From Candidatus Latescibacterota bacterium (GTDB lineage Bacteria; Latescibacterota; UBA2968; UBA8231), in assembly GCA_965223905.1 (NCBI GenBank), contig CBDCXV010000001.1, positions 736,001 to 800,000 of the forward strand: a DNA stretch of 64,000 bases, in the 5' to 3' direction. The stretch's first letter is position 1; each line of letters starts with the position of its first letter. A program made the translations under genes and the position numbers. The notes under the pieces are model-generated. The model was not told the DNA's origin. It saw only the letters and a list, made by a program, of their open reading frames with translations, and did not search any database. Positions 1 to 8,469 of the stretch are shown piece by piece.

Positions 1-1653
1 GAGTTCAAACCGGAGGTGTTCGAGGAGGACAAGCAGAAGCTGGTCGCCTATTACCGCAGCGAGGGGTACCAGCAGGCGCATATCCTGCGGGACAGCGTCT
101 ATTACGACGACAGCCGCAAGAACCTGTTCATCGACCTCGAAGTGGAGGAGGGGGAGAAGTACCGGGTCGGAGCCATCACCTGGAACGGCAACGAGCTCCT
201 CGACCAGGCCGAGCTCAGCGGCCACCTCGGCCTGGACGAGGGGGATATCTTCAGCATGCCCTCACCTCAGCTCGCCTACAATGTCAAGAACGCCTACTTC
301 GAGAAGGGCTACCTCGATACCGAGGTCATACCGACCGAGATCACCCGCAACGACAGCATCGACGTGCATTTCCAGATCTACGAAGGAGAGCCGTTCAAGG
401 TTCGCCGCATCGACATCAAGGGAAACGTCAGAACGCGCGAGAAGGTGCTGCGGCGGGAGATACAGCTGCGCCCGGGAGCGGTCTACAAGCAGAGCGCCAT
501 GCAGGAGAGCCAGCGGCGCCTTTACATGCTGGGGTACTTCAAGGATGTCCAGATCCGCGATCAGGTCAGCCCGATCGAAGGGGACCGGACCATCGACCTC
601 ACCTTCGCAGTGGAGGAGCAGCGCACCGGGGCCGCCTCGATGGGTGCCGGGTACAGCGGCCGCGACAAGCTGGTCGGAACCCTAGGGCTGCAGATCCCGA
701 ATTTTCGCGGCAAGGGTCAGAACCTCGATTTCAGCTGGGAGTTCGGGTACCGGCGCGAGCAGTTCCTCGTCGGCTTCACCGAGCCGTGGTTGTTCGATAC
801 TCCCACCAGCTTCTCGTTCCGGGTGTACACCCTGAAGCAGCAGTATTACAACTACTTCACTTCCAAGCGCAACTCCGTCAGCCTGCGGGTCGGCAGGCGC
901 CTCGAGCGTCCGTCGAATTCCTCGGTCAGCTTCGGGTACCAGCTCAGGGACCAGAAGTACACCAACTTCGAGGATTCCTTCGACGAAACCCAGCGCAGCT
1001 CTGGCCACTACGCGCCGCAGACGACGAGCAGCTTCGAGCTGAGCTTCCGGCGCGACACCCGCGACTTCCCGCAGTTTCCGACCTCGGGAAGCGTCCTCAG
1101 CTACACCCCGGAGGTCGCTTCCTCCTGGATCACCGGCGACGTCGATTTCCACCGCCACGAGATGGCCTGGAACTACTACCGGCCGCACTGGTGGAAGTTC
1201 GTCATCTCCCTCGAGTCGAAGCTCGCCGTCGTCGACGGCTTCTCCGACTGGGACGACGACAACCTGTCGTTCCACGACCTCTTCACCCCGGGTGGGGTCG
1301 ACTTGTGGGACGGCCAGGTGCGCGGCTATCGCGACGCCTCTCTCGGCCCCCGGGAGAACGGCACCCCCCTCGGCGGGCGGTCGATGTTGATCCTCAACCT
1401 CGAGTACCGGTTCCCGATAACGGAGCGCCAGATCGTCGGCCTGCTGTTCGCTGATGCCGGCAACGCCTGGTCGACTGTCCCCGCCCTCAACCCCACCGAC
1501 CTGAAACGCTCCATCGGTCTCGGGTTCCGGGTCATGACACCGATGCTCGGAATGATCGGTTTCGACTTCGCCTACGGTTTCGACCGCCGCAGCGTCGACG
1601 GTGAGAGACCGGGCCTGCAGACGCACTTCCAGTTCGGTCCCAGGTTCTTTTAA
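1..1653 (+). CDS. bamA: Outer-membrane protein assembly factor BamA (5'-truncated by window edge)
   Basis: POTRA repeats (GNVRTREKVLRRE, LYMLGYFKDV), beta-barrel with VRGY motif, C-terminal FQFGPRFF; followed by skp. Confidence 0.95.
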   Translation, partial: EFKPEVFEEDKQKLVAYYRSEGYQQAHILRDSVYYDDSRKNLFIDLEVEEGEKYRVGAITWNGNELLDQAELSGHLGLDEGDIFSMPSPQLAYNVKNAYFEKGYLDTEVIPTEITRNDSIDVHFQIYEGEPFKVRRIDIKGNVRTREKVLRREIQLRPGAVYKQSAMQESQRRLYMLGYFKDVQIRDQVSPIEGDRTIDLTFAVEEQRTGAASMGAGYSGRDKLVGTLGLQIPNFRGKGQNLDFSWEFGYRREQFLVGFTEPWLFDTPTSFSFRVYTLKQQYYNYFTSKRNSVSLRVGRRLERPSNSSVSFGYQLRDQKYTNFEDSFDETQRSSGHYAPQTTSSFELSFRRDTRDFPQFPTSGSVLSYTPEVASSWITGDVDFHRHEMAWNYYRPHWWKFVISLESKLAVVDGFSDWDDDNLSFHDLFTPGGVDLWDGQVRGYRDASLGPRENGTPLGGRSMLILNLEYRFPITERQIVGLLFADAGNAWSTVPALNPTDLKRSIGLGFRVMTPMLGMIGFDFAYGFDRRSVDGERPGLQTHFQFGPRFF

Positions 1654-1670
1654 CAGCTCGAGAGGAGAGC

Positions 1671-2219
1671 ATGAACAAGCTCGCGGTCCCATTTCTGGCG
1701 CTGACGGTCCTGTGCGCCGCGGCAGCCGGCGCCGCCCAGAACATCGGTTACATCGACTCGGAAATCCTGCGCGAGAAAATGCCGGAGTTCAAGGACATGC
1801 AGAGGCAGCTCGATCGCCTGAGGCAGCAGTACGAGCAGGAAGCGATGGACAAGCAGAGCAAGCTGCTGAAGCTGCAGGAGGACTTTCGCAAGCAGGAGCT
1901 GCTGATGAGCGACGCCCGCAAGGCGGAGATGCAGTTGCAGTTCGACGAGAGCACGATGGAGCTTCAGCAGTTCACACAGGGCAAATTCGGCCCCGACGGC
2001 GAGCTGTTCCGCAAGAATGTCGAGCTGGCCGACCCGATCTTCGAAATGGTCAACACCGCAATAGCGGAGATCGCCAAGGAGGAGGGCTTCGACTTCATTT
2101 TCGACGCCGCCACCAGCGGAGCCATCGTATACGCCGATCCGGAGCGCTACAACCTGACGGACAAGCTGCTCGAAAGGCTCCAGGAACAGCGCGAGGAAAA
2201 GGAGAAGGGGAAGCAGTGA
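1671..2219 (+). CDS. skp: Periplasmic chaperone Skp/OmpH
   Basis: Signal peptide, IGYIDSE N-terminus, coiled coil, IAKEEGFDFIFD motif; RBS GAGGAG; synteny with bamA. Confidence 0.93.
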   Translation: MNKLAVPFLALTVLCAAAAGAAQNIGYIDSEILREKMPEFKDMQRQLDRLRQQYEQEAMDKQSKLLKLQEDFRKQELLMSDARKAEMQLQFDESTMELQQFTQGKFGPDGELFRKNVELADPIFEMVNTAIAEIAKEEGFDFIFDAATSGAIVYADPERYNLTDKLLERLQEQREEKEKGKQ

Positions 2220-2671
2220 CGCCGCAGGAGGACCACGGCGGCCTCGATCTCGCAGCGATAAAGGAGCTCCTTCCCCACCGTTACCCCTTTCTGCTGGTAG
2301 ACCGGGTACTGGAATGCGAGCCGGGCAGCCGCCTCGTCGGGATCAAGAACGTCACCGCCGGGGAGTCCTTCTTCCAGGGGCACTTTCCCGAGTTCCCCGT
2401 CATGCCCGGCGTCCTGGTGATCGAGTCCCTGGCGCAGGCGGGAACCGTGATGATGCTGCAGGACGCCTCCGACCGGGGCATCCCCTTTCTCGCCGGCCTC
2501 GACAAGGTCAGGTTTCGCCGGCCGGTGGTGCCGGGGGACCAGCTTCGGCTCGAACTCGAGGTGCTGCAGAAACGCCCCGGCTCCTGCCGCCTGGCGGGCA
2601 AGGCATTCGTCGGGGAAGAGCTGGCGGCCCAGGCGGAGATCTTCGCCGTGCTGAAGCCGGCCGAATCGTAG
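2216..2671 (+). CDS. fabZ: 3-hydroxyacyl-ACP dehydratase FabZ
   Basis: LPHRYPFLLVDRV, FFQGHFPEFPVMPGVLVIESLAQ motifs; GTG start overlaps skp stop (GTGA). Confidence 0.96.
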   Translation: MTPQEDHGGLDLAAIKELLPHRYPFLLVDRVLECEPGSRLVGIKNVTAGESFFQGHFPEFPVMPGVLVIESLAQAGTVMMLQDASDRGIPFLAGLDKVRFRRPVVPGDQLRLELEVLQKRPGSCRLAGKAFVGEELAAQAEIFAVLKPAES

Positions 2672-2710
2672 CTGCCGCCTATTCCTGCGGTCTCCTTCAG
2701 GGGCGAATCG

Positions 2711-2739
2711 TTGCGGCCGGGTGCATGCCGGCCTATGCT
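2711..2739 (+). promoter_or_regulatory. Putative sigma70 promoter for pyrB leader
   Basis: TTGCGG-N17-TATGCT. Confidence 0.5.
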
Positions 2740-2799
2740 ATCGTAATCATGCTCCTCCGCCCACCGGATCAGGATCGCCAGCGCTCCACGGTTCCGCAG

Positions 2800-2827
2800 A
2801 CAGACCTTTCGCAGGTCTGTTTTTTTT
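2800..2827 (+). terminator. Intrinsic terminator / attenuator upstream of pyrB
   Basis: Perfect stem ACAGACCT / AGGTCTGT with TTCGC loop followed by a T-tract. Confidence 0.8.
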
Positions 2828-2894
2828 GTGTCCGCACAGCAACAGGGGGGCCGGGGACCGGCCCTGCTTTGCGGCTGAGGCCGCCGCTGCCGGG

Positions 2895-3821
2895 ATGCCC
2901 AGACTGAACCACGTCATCGAAGCCCAGCAGTTCGACCGCGAGCTAATGGGGGAGATCTTCTCCATCGCTCGCGAGATGGAAGACGTCGTTCAGCACTACG
3001 GGTCGAACATTCTGACCCGGCGCGTCATGGCCACGCTGTTCTACGAGCCGAGTACGCGCACGCGGCTCTCGTTCGAGTCGGCGATGCGGCGCCTGGGTGG
3101 CGAGGTCCTGACTACCGAGTCCGCCCAGCAGTTCTCCTCCGCGGCCAAGGGTGAAACCCTCGAGGACACGATCCGGATCGTCGCGGGGTATGCCGACGTC
3201 ATCGTGCTGCGCCATTTCGAAAGCGGGGCGAGCAGGCGCGCTGCCGGGGTCTCGCCGGTTCCCATACTGAACGCCGGGGACGGCGCCGGTCAGCATCCGA
3301 CGCAGGCCCTCCTCGACCTGTACACCATCGACCGCGAGCTCGGCAGGATGGACGGACTAGCGGTGGCGATGGTGGGGGATCTCGCCAACGGGCGCACGGT
3401 GCGCTCTCTCTGCTACCTGCTGGCCAAGTTCGACTCGCCGAGGATCTGGTTCGTCGCTCCCCCGGTCGTCCGCATGGGGGACGACATCAAGAGCTACCTG
3501 ACCCGGCACAACGTCGCTTTCGAGGAGGCGGAGGACCTCGCCGCGGTGGCCGCAGAGGTCGATGTCATCTACCAGACCAGGATACAGCGGGAGCGCTTCG
3601 GCGACCGCATCGGGGACTACGAGCAGGCGCACGGGCAGTACGTCATCGACACCTCCATACTCGCGTGCATGAAAAAGGAAGCCATCGTCATGCACCCGCT
3701 GCCCCGGGTGGATGAAATCACCCCTGAGGTCGATGCCGACCCCAGGGCGGCCTATTTCCGCCAGGCGCACAACGGCCTCTACGTGCGCATGGCCTTGCTG
3801 CGCATGGTGCTGTCGGATTGA
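2895..3821 (+). CDS. pyrB: Aspartate carbamoyltransferase catalytic subunit
   Basis: FYEPSTRTRLSFE, KGETLEDT, NAGDGAGQHPTQALLD, MHPLPR motifs. Confidence 0.97.
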   Translation: MPRLNHVIEAQQFDRELMGEIFSIAREMEDVVQHYGSNILTRRVMATLFYEPSTRTRLSFESAMRRLGGEVLTTESAQQFSSAAKGETLEDTIRIVAGYADVIVLRHFESGASRRAAGVSPVPILNAGDGAGQHPTQALLDLYTIDRELGRMDGLAVAMVGDLANGRTVRSLCYLLAKFDSPRIWFVAPPVVRMGDDIKSYLTRHNVAFEEAEDLAAVAAEVDVIYQTRIQRERFGDRIGDYEQAHGQYVIDTSILACMKKEAIVMHPLPRVDEITPEVDADPRAAYFRQAHNGLYVRMALLRMVLSD

Positions 3822-3901
3822 GTCGGACCGGCGGCTTGACCGTTGGATGCGCGCCGTTATATTCGGCCCCTTCGTCCGCAGATCAACCGGGAGAGCAGTC
3901 A

Positions 3902-4015
3902 ATGTCGTCGAGCAAGGGCAGAGAGAGAGAGAAAGAGCTGAGGCGCCGCCGCAAACGCCGGGAGGAGCGTATCAAGAACCGGATAAGGGAGGAAAAGGCG
4001 GCAAGCAGGAAATAG
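3902..4015 (+). CDS. Small highly basic protein (37 aa, MSSSKGREREKELRRRRKRREERIKNRIREEKAASRK), possibly DUF6800-like
   Basis: Promoter-like TTGACC-N16-TATATT (3836-3863), RBS GGGAGAG, ATG, downstream terminator-like hairpin. Confidence 0.7.
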   Translation: MSSSKGREREKELRRRRKRREERIKNRIREEKAASRK

Positions 4016-4063
4016 TCACAAGGCCGCGGAGAACCACATCGGTCCATCGCGGCGCGATATTTC

Positions 4064-4105
4064 AAGAGAGCGGACAGAGACCAACTGTCGGCTCTCTTTC
4101 TGTTT
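4064..4105 (+). terminator. Probable intrinsic terminator after the small basic gene
   Basis: AAGAGAGCGGACAG ... CTGTCGGCTCTCTT stem (1 mismatch) followed by TCTGTTT. Confidence 0.6.
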
Positions 4106-4137
4106 GCAGTGAACCGTTCGTCCGCATCGGGGAGGCC

Positions 4138-5106
4138 ATGACTCTCAGAGTAGCGGTAGCCGGGGCAACCGGCATCGGGAAGCACCACGCCAAGTGGTAC
4201 CATCGCTGGGGATGCGACGTCGTGGGGTTTCTCGGCAGCTCGGAGGAAAGCTGTTCGCGAACGGAAGCCGCCCTGCGCGAGATCTTCCCCTTTGCCGGGC
4301 GCGGCTACACGAGTCTGGCGGCCCTGCTCGATTCCGAAGAGCCGGATCTCGTCGATGTCTGCACTCCGAACGCAATGCACTTCGAACATGTCTCCGCAGC
4401 CCTCGACGCCGGCTGCCACGTCCTCTGCGAGAAGCCGTTGGTTTGGGACGACTCCCCGGAGACCCTGCTGTTGCGCGCCCGCGGGCTCCTGCAGCATGCC
4501 CGGGCGGCCAACCGGGTGTTCGCCGTCTGCACCCAGTACGCCTCCGCGCTGCCGCGCTACGAGGAGCTGTACCGGGCCGAGCGCGGGAAGCCGCCGGCCG
4601 CGTCGCGGTTTTTCGCCGAGATGGAGACCGTGGCCCGCGGCCGGGAACGGGACACCGGGGAGATCTGGATCGACATGGGGCCGCATCCGATCAGCATGCT
4701 TCTCGCGTGGCATCCCCACGGCGAGGTGGTTCCCGGCACCCTGCGGACTTTTTTCCGGGACCGCGAGGCCAGGGCGGAGTTCGAGTTCACCACGGCGTCC
4801 GGCACCTGCCTGGTCGACATCGCGGTTCGCGACCGCGTCGAGGGCCCTCCGGTTCGCCGTTTCGGGGTTGACGGGTATATCCTGGGGTGCACGGGTCGGG
4901 CGGACGAAGCCGGTGTCTACCGCTCCGTGCTGTCGAGCGGCCTTCGCGAGACCGTCGGAGAGGATTTCATGTCCCTGCTTATCGGGAACGTGTGCGATGT
5001 AGTCCGCGGCTCGGCCGCTCGGCTGATCGTTTCCGGCGAGCTGGGACTGCGCAACCTCGAGCTGCAACTGCAGGTGCTGCAGTCGGCCGGCTGCGCCGCC
5101 GGCTGA
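4138..5106 (+). CDS. Gfo/Idh/MocA family oxidoreductase
   Basis: N-terminal VAVAGATGIG Rossmann motif, VDVCTPNAMH, HVLCEKP; RBS GGAGG. Confidence 0.9.
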   Translation: MTLRVAVAGATGIGKHHAKWYHRWGCDVVGFLGSSEESCSRTEAALREIFPFAGRGYTSLAALLDSEEPDLVDVCTPNAMHFEHVSAALDAGCHVLCEKPLVWDDSPETLLLRARGLLQHARAANRVFAVCTQYASALPRYEELYRAERGKPPAASRFFAEMETVARGRERDTGEIWIDMGPHPISMLLAWHPHGEVVPGTLRTFFRDREARAEFEFTTASGTCLVDIAVRDRVEGPPVRRFGVDGYILGCTGRADEAGVYRSVLSSGLRETVGEDFMSLLIGNVCDVVRGSAARLIVSGELGLRNLELQLQVLQSAGCAAG

Positions 5107-5116
5107 TCGGGAGGAG

Positions 5117-6847
5117 ATGGACCGCAGCGTTGCGGGGTGGCTGACGGTCATCCTTGCCGTGGGCTTCTGCCTGCGTCTGCTGGGAATCGATTTCGGTCTG
5201 CCCAACCCCAACTGCCGGCCGGACGAAGGGGTGCTGGTCAAAAAGGCGCTGGCCGTTGCCGGCGGCGATCTCAATCCCCACTTCTTTCACTACCCCAGCT
5301 TTCACATCTACACCCTGGCGGCCCTGTTCGGCGCCTGCTTCGCGGGGGGCTGGCTCGCCGGCCTCTTTTCCACGCCGCAGGATTTCCTTCTGCAGTATTT
5401 CCTCGACCCCTCCAGCCTGTACCTGGCCGGCCGCGTGTTCGGGGCGCTCCTGGGCACGGCCTCCGTGTACCTCGTGTACCTTGTCGGCAGACAGGCTGGC
5501 GGCGTTCGGGCCGGGCTCACGAGCGCCGCCTTCCTGTCGGTCGCCTTTCTGCACGTGCGGGATTCGCATTACCTCACGGTCGATGTTCCGGCCACCTTCT
5601 ACATTCTCCTCGCCGCGGTCCTGCTGCTGCGGTTTCTGCAAACGGGGGGAGCAGGGTGGCTGGCGACTTCGGCCCTTTTTTCCGGGATCGCGGTTTCGAC
5701 GAAGTACAACGCCGCGATCATCATTGCGGCGTTCGCGGGCTTTCTCTGCGCCAGGGCGCTGGCCCACCGCAGGTCCGGTCAACAGCCCGGCGACCGTTCC
5801 GGCCCTCCGGTCTCGTTTCGGCACGTCGCCGTTTTCGCGGCCCTGACAGCCGCTGCCGCGGCGCTGGGCACTCCGTACGCCCTCCTCGATTTCAACAGCT
5901 TTGCAGCCGACGTCATGGCGGAGAGGCAGCACTTCGCCTCCGGTCACGGGCTCGACCTCGGCCGCGGCTGGACCTACCACGCGGCGACCACGCTGCCGGC
6001 TGCTCTCGGGTGGCCCCTGTACGTCGCGGCTCTCGCAGGCTGTGTCGCGCTCTTTCGGGCCGGAGGGGCGCCCGCCATGCTCGTAGTGGCGGCCGTCTTC
6101 TACTACGCCGTGGCCGGCGCCGGAAAGACCGTGTTCTTCCGTTACATGCTGCCGCTGGTGCCGTTCCTGTGCGTGGCCGCCGCCTGTGGCATGGAACGGC
6201 TTTTTGCCGCCGTGCGCATGCCCGCACTCTGGAGAACCGCAGTCCTCCTCCTCCTCGCGGCGCCGTCGCTGTACGCCTCGGTCTGGCTGGGTATCCTGCT
6301 GCAGCGGACGGACACCCGCCTGCTCGCTGCCGAATGGATCGAGACCCATGTGCCTGCCGGCAGCAGGATCGCCCTGGTGGGAAGCGACTTCGGCTACCCG
6401 CGCCTGCATCCCGGCAGGGAGTGGCTGCGGCAGCAGCACGAGGACCTCCGCGGCGCCGGGCTGGCGGCGAAGTCACTGGCTCTGCAACTGCAGTACGGGT
6501 CGAACCCTCCCAATCCGAGCTACCACCTGCTCTCCGTTCTTCCCGATGATCCGCTTTCGCTGAGAAACCGGCTGGTCGATGTCTCTCCCGCGCAGCTGCT
6601 CGATTCGGAGGTGAATTGGGTCGTGACGCAGCGCCACCCGCTGCCGATTTCCCAGGTCGATCCGGAATTCGCCGAGCAGTTGCGGCGGCACGGGGAGGCA
6701 GTAGCGCATTTCACCTCCATGCGGGACAGCTCCCGAACGGCATTCGAAAGGACGGACGCGTTTTTCGTTCCCTACGCGGGGTTCGACCAGGTCGACCGCC
6801 CCGGACCGGAGCTGACCATCTACAAGCTGGGCCCGGCGGCCGATTGA
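5117..6847 (+). CDS. Membrane glycosyltransferase, GT-C fold (ArnT/PMT, GT39/GT83-like)
   Basis: RPDE motif after first TM, LNPHFFHYPS, SHYLTVDVP, STKYNA, RYMLPLVPFL; multiple TM helices. Confidence 0.85.
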   Translation: MDRSVAGWLTVILAVGFCLRLLGIDFGLPNPNCRPDEGVLVKKALAVAGGDLNPHFFHYPSFHIYTLAALFGACFAGGWLAGLFSTPQDFLLQYFLDPSSLYLAGRVFGALLGTASVYLVYLVGRQAGGVRAGLTSAAFLSVAFLHVRDSHYLTVDVPATFYILLAAVLLLRFLQTGGAGWLATSALFSGIAVSTKYNAAIIIAAFAGFLCARALAHRRSGQQPGDRSGPPVSFRHVAVFAALTAAAAALGTPYALLDFNSFAADVMAERQHFASGHGLDLGRGWTYHAATTLPAALGWPLYVAALAGCVALFRAGGAPAMLVVAAVFYYAVAGAGKTVFFRYMLPLVPFLCVAAACGMERLFAAVRMPALWRTAVLLLLAAPSLYASVWLGILLQRTDTRLLAAEWIETHVPAGSRIALVGSDFGYPRLHPGREWLRQQHEDLRGAGLAAKSLALQLQYGSNPPNPSYHLLSVLPDDPLSLRNRLVDVSPAQLLDSEVNWVVTQRHPLPISQVDPEFAEQLRRHGEAVAHFTSMRDSSRTAFERTDAFFVPYAGFDQVDRPGPELTIYKLGPAAD

Positions 6848-6967
6848 ACGGCGCCGGGAAACGAGCCGGCGCTCTTGGTTTTTCGTGAACTCAATCCCCT
6901 TCTGCGCGATGGAGTACCACCTGCCGGCAGGTTGTTTCGGGGGAAGTCGGGGCGCAAATTCCCGGGT

Positions 6968-7807
6968 ATGAGCGATCGCTCTGAAACGAGCTGGATTCCC
7001 GCGATACCCGACGTCGATTCGGTGTTCGCACAGTACCCCGATCCGTTGCGCGCCCTGTCGGAAGCGGAGATTCCCGCCATCCTGCTGCCCCGGGTTTATC
7101 CCCGGGAGGAGTGCGACGGTCTGATCGGGCGATTCGTCGAGCGCAACCTGATGAAGGACCCGGACGATTTCCGGCCGGGGGACCGGACGCGCATCGACAT
7201 CGGCACCAGCCTCGGCACCAGGGGCAACGACCGCGAAGGGTTCCTCGCCAGCTCCGCGGCCACCCACGAGCTGTTCTCCACCCTGTTCGACGGCTTCGAT
7301 AACCCGGTACAGCTGATTTACGACTACCTGCAACGGCTCGGCCGCGGCAAGAAGGTGATGACTGCCCGGGAGCCGGACGGGAGGCGCTACGGGCCGGCGA
7401 TCTTCCGCATTCATTACGAATCGCACAGCTACAAACCCCACATCGATCACGTCACCCTGCGTGAAAAGCGGTTCGACTACGCCGTTACCCGCTTCGAGCA
7501 CCAGTTCGCCGGCGTGCTCTGCCTGCAGAATGCGACGCGCGCTGCGCAAACCACTCAGGCGCTGCTGCACCGCTGCCTATGGAGCGAGGAGGTGCAGCCG
7601 CACATCGAGCAGGGAACCTTCCCCGAGTACGCCGCCGCCCACCGGGTGCAGAACTACCGGGTCGATCTCGGTGCGGGAGACCTGTACTTCTTCAACACCC
7701 GCTGCATCCACGAGGTCCCGCACGTGGTCGGCAGCGACCCGCGCATCGTCCTCGCCGTGTTCATCGGCTACTCCCCGGACGATCCCGAGATCTTCGTCTG
7801 GTCCTAG
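6968..7807 (+). CDS. 2OG-Fe(II) dioxygenase-like protein
   Basis: HxD (PHIDH) ... GDLYFFN ... IHEV ... R motif pattern; start uncertain. Confidence 0.75.
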   Translation: MSDRSETSWIPAIPDVDSVFAQYPDPLRALSEAEIPAILLPRVYPREECDGLIGRFVERNLMKDPDDFRPGDRTRIDIGTSLGTRGNDREGFLASSAATHELFSTLFDGFDNPVQLIYDYLQRLGRGKKVMTAREPDGRRYGPAIFRIHYESHSYKPHIDHVTLREKRFDYAVTRFEHQFAGVLCLQNATRAAQTTQALLHRCLWSEEVQPHIEQGTFPEYAAAHRVQNYRVDLGAGDLYFFNTRCIHEVPHVVGSDPRIVLAVFIGYSPDDPEIFVWS

Positions 7808-8058
7808 CCCAACGGGGCCAATCCCGGCGCCCCGGCGGCGGAAGTCCGGCATGCCATTTCTGGGACAGAACGCCCGTCGTTGTCTTCTAAGCCCCATAAA
7901 AAACAGCAGCTTGCGGTGCCCTTCCCGGCAACCCTCGGTAACGCCGCGACGGTTGCCGGGTGCGGAGAGGCTGCCTATCTTTGGTGACTCTCGAACGCTT
8001 GGCCGCGGGCAGATAGCCTTGGTGCGAGCGCTCCACACATGACGGAGAACAGGTTCCG

Positions 8059-8469
8059 ATGCCCAATTTCAGCGTCGAAATTCATAACGACGAGCATTTC
8101 GAGAAGGCACTGCGGCGCTTTACGGTCAAGACCAAGAAGTGCGGCCTGATGCGCGATCTGAAGCGCAAACGGTACTACACCAAACCGTCGGTGCAGAAGA
8201 AGATCGATCGCCAGAAGAGCATCAGGAGGCAGAAGAAGGCCGAAAGGTTGGCTGAGCTGGCAGCCGCCGGGATCGACCGCCGCAGCATGCGGGGCGGCCG
8301 GGGCGGCCGGGGAAGAGGCCGCGGCGGTTATGGCAGTGGCGGCGGCGGCGGCGGTTATGGCAGTGGCGGCGGCGGCGGCGGTTATGGCAGTGGCGGCGGC
8401 GGCGGCGGTTATGGCAGTGGCGGCGGCGGCGGCGGTTATGGCAGTGGCGGCGGCGGCGGCGGTCGTTAG
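8059..8469 (+). CDS. rpsU: 30S ribosomal protein bS21 with Gly/Tyr-rich C-terminal extension
   Basis: FEKALRRF...K.G...LKRKRYYTKPSVQKK bS21 signature; RBS GGAGA. Confidence 0.9.
   Translation: MPNFSVEIHNDEHFEKALRRFTVKTKKCGLMRDLKRKRYYTKPSVQKKIDRQKSIRRQKKAERLAELAAAGIDRRSMRGGRGGRGRGRGGYGSGGGGGGYGSGGGGGGYGSGGGGGGYGSGGGGGGYGSGGGGGGR
8326..8460 (+). repeat. Exact 27-bp tandem repeat x5 (GGTTATGGCAGTGGCGGCGGCGGCGGC) encoding GYGSGGGGG
   Basis: Units start at 8326, 8353, 8380, 8407, 8434. Confidence 0.97.

Noticed and set aside
8326-8460. CRISPR-like array
   Set aside because: Repeats are contiguous with no spacers and encode an in-frame Gly-rich peptide; no cas genes.
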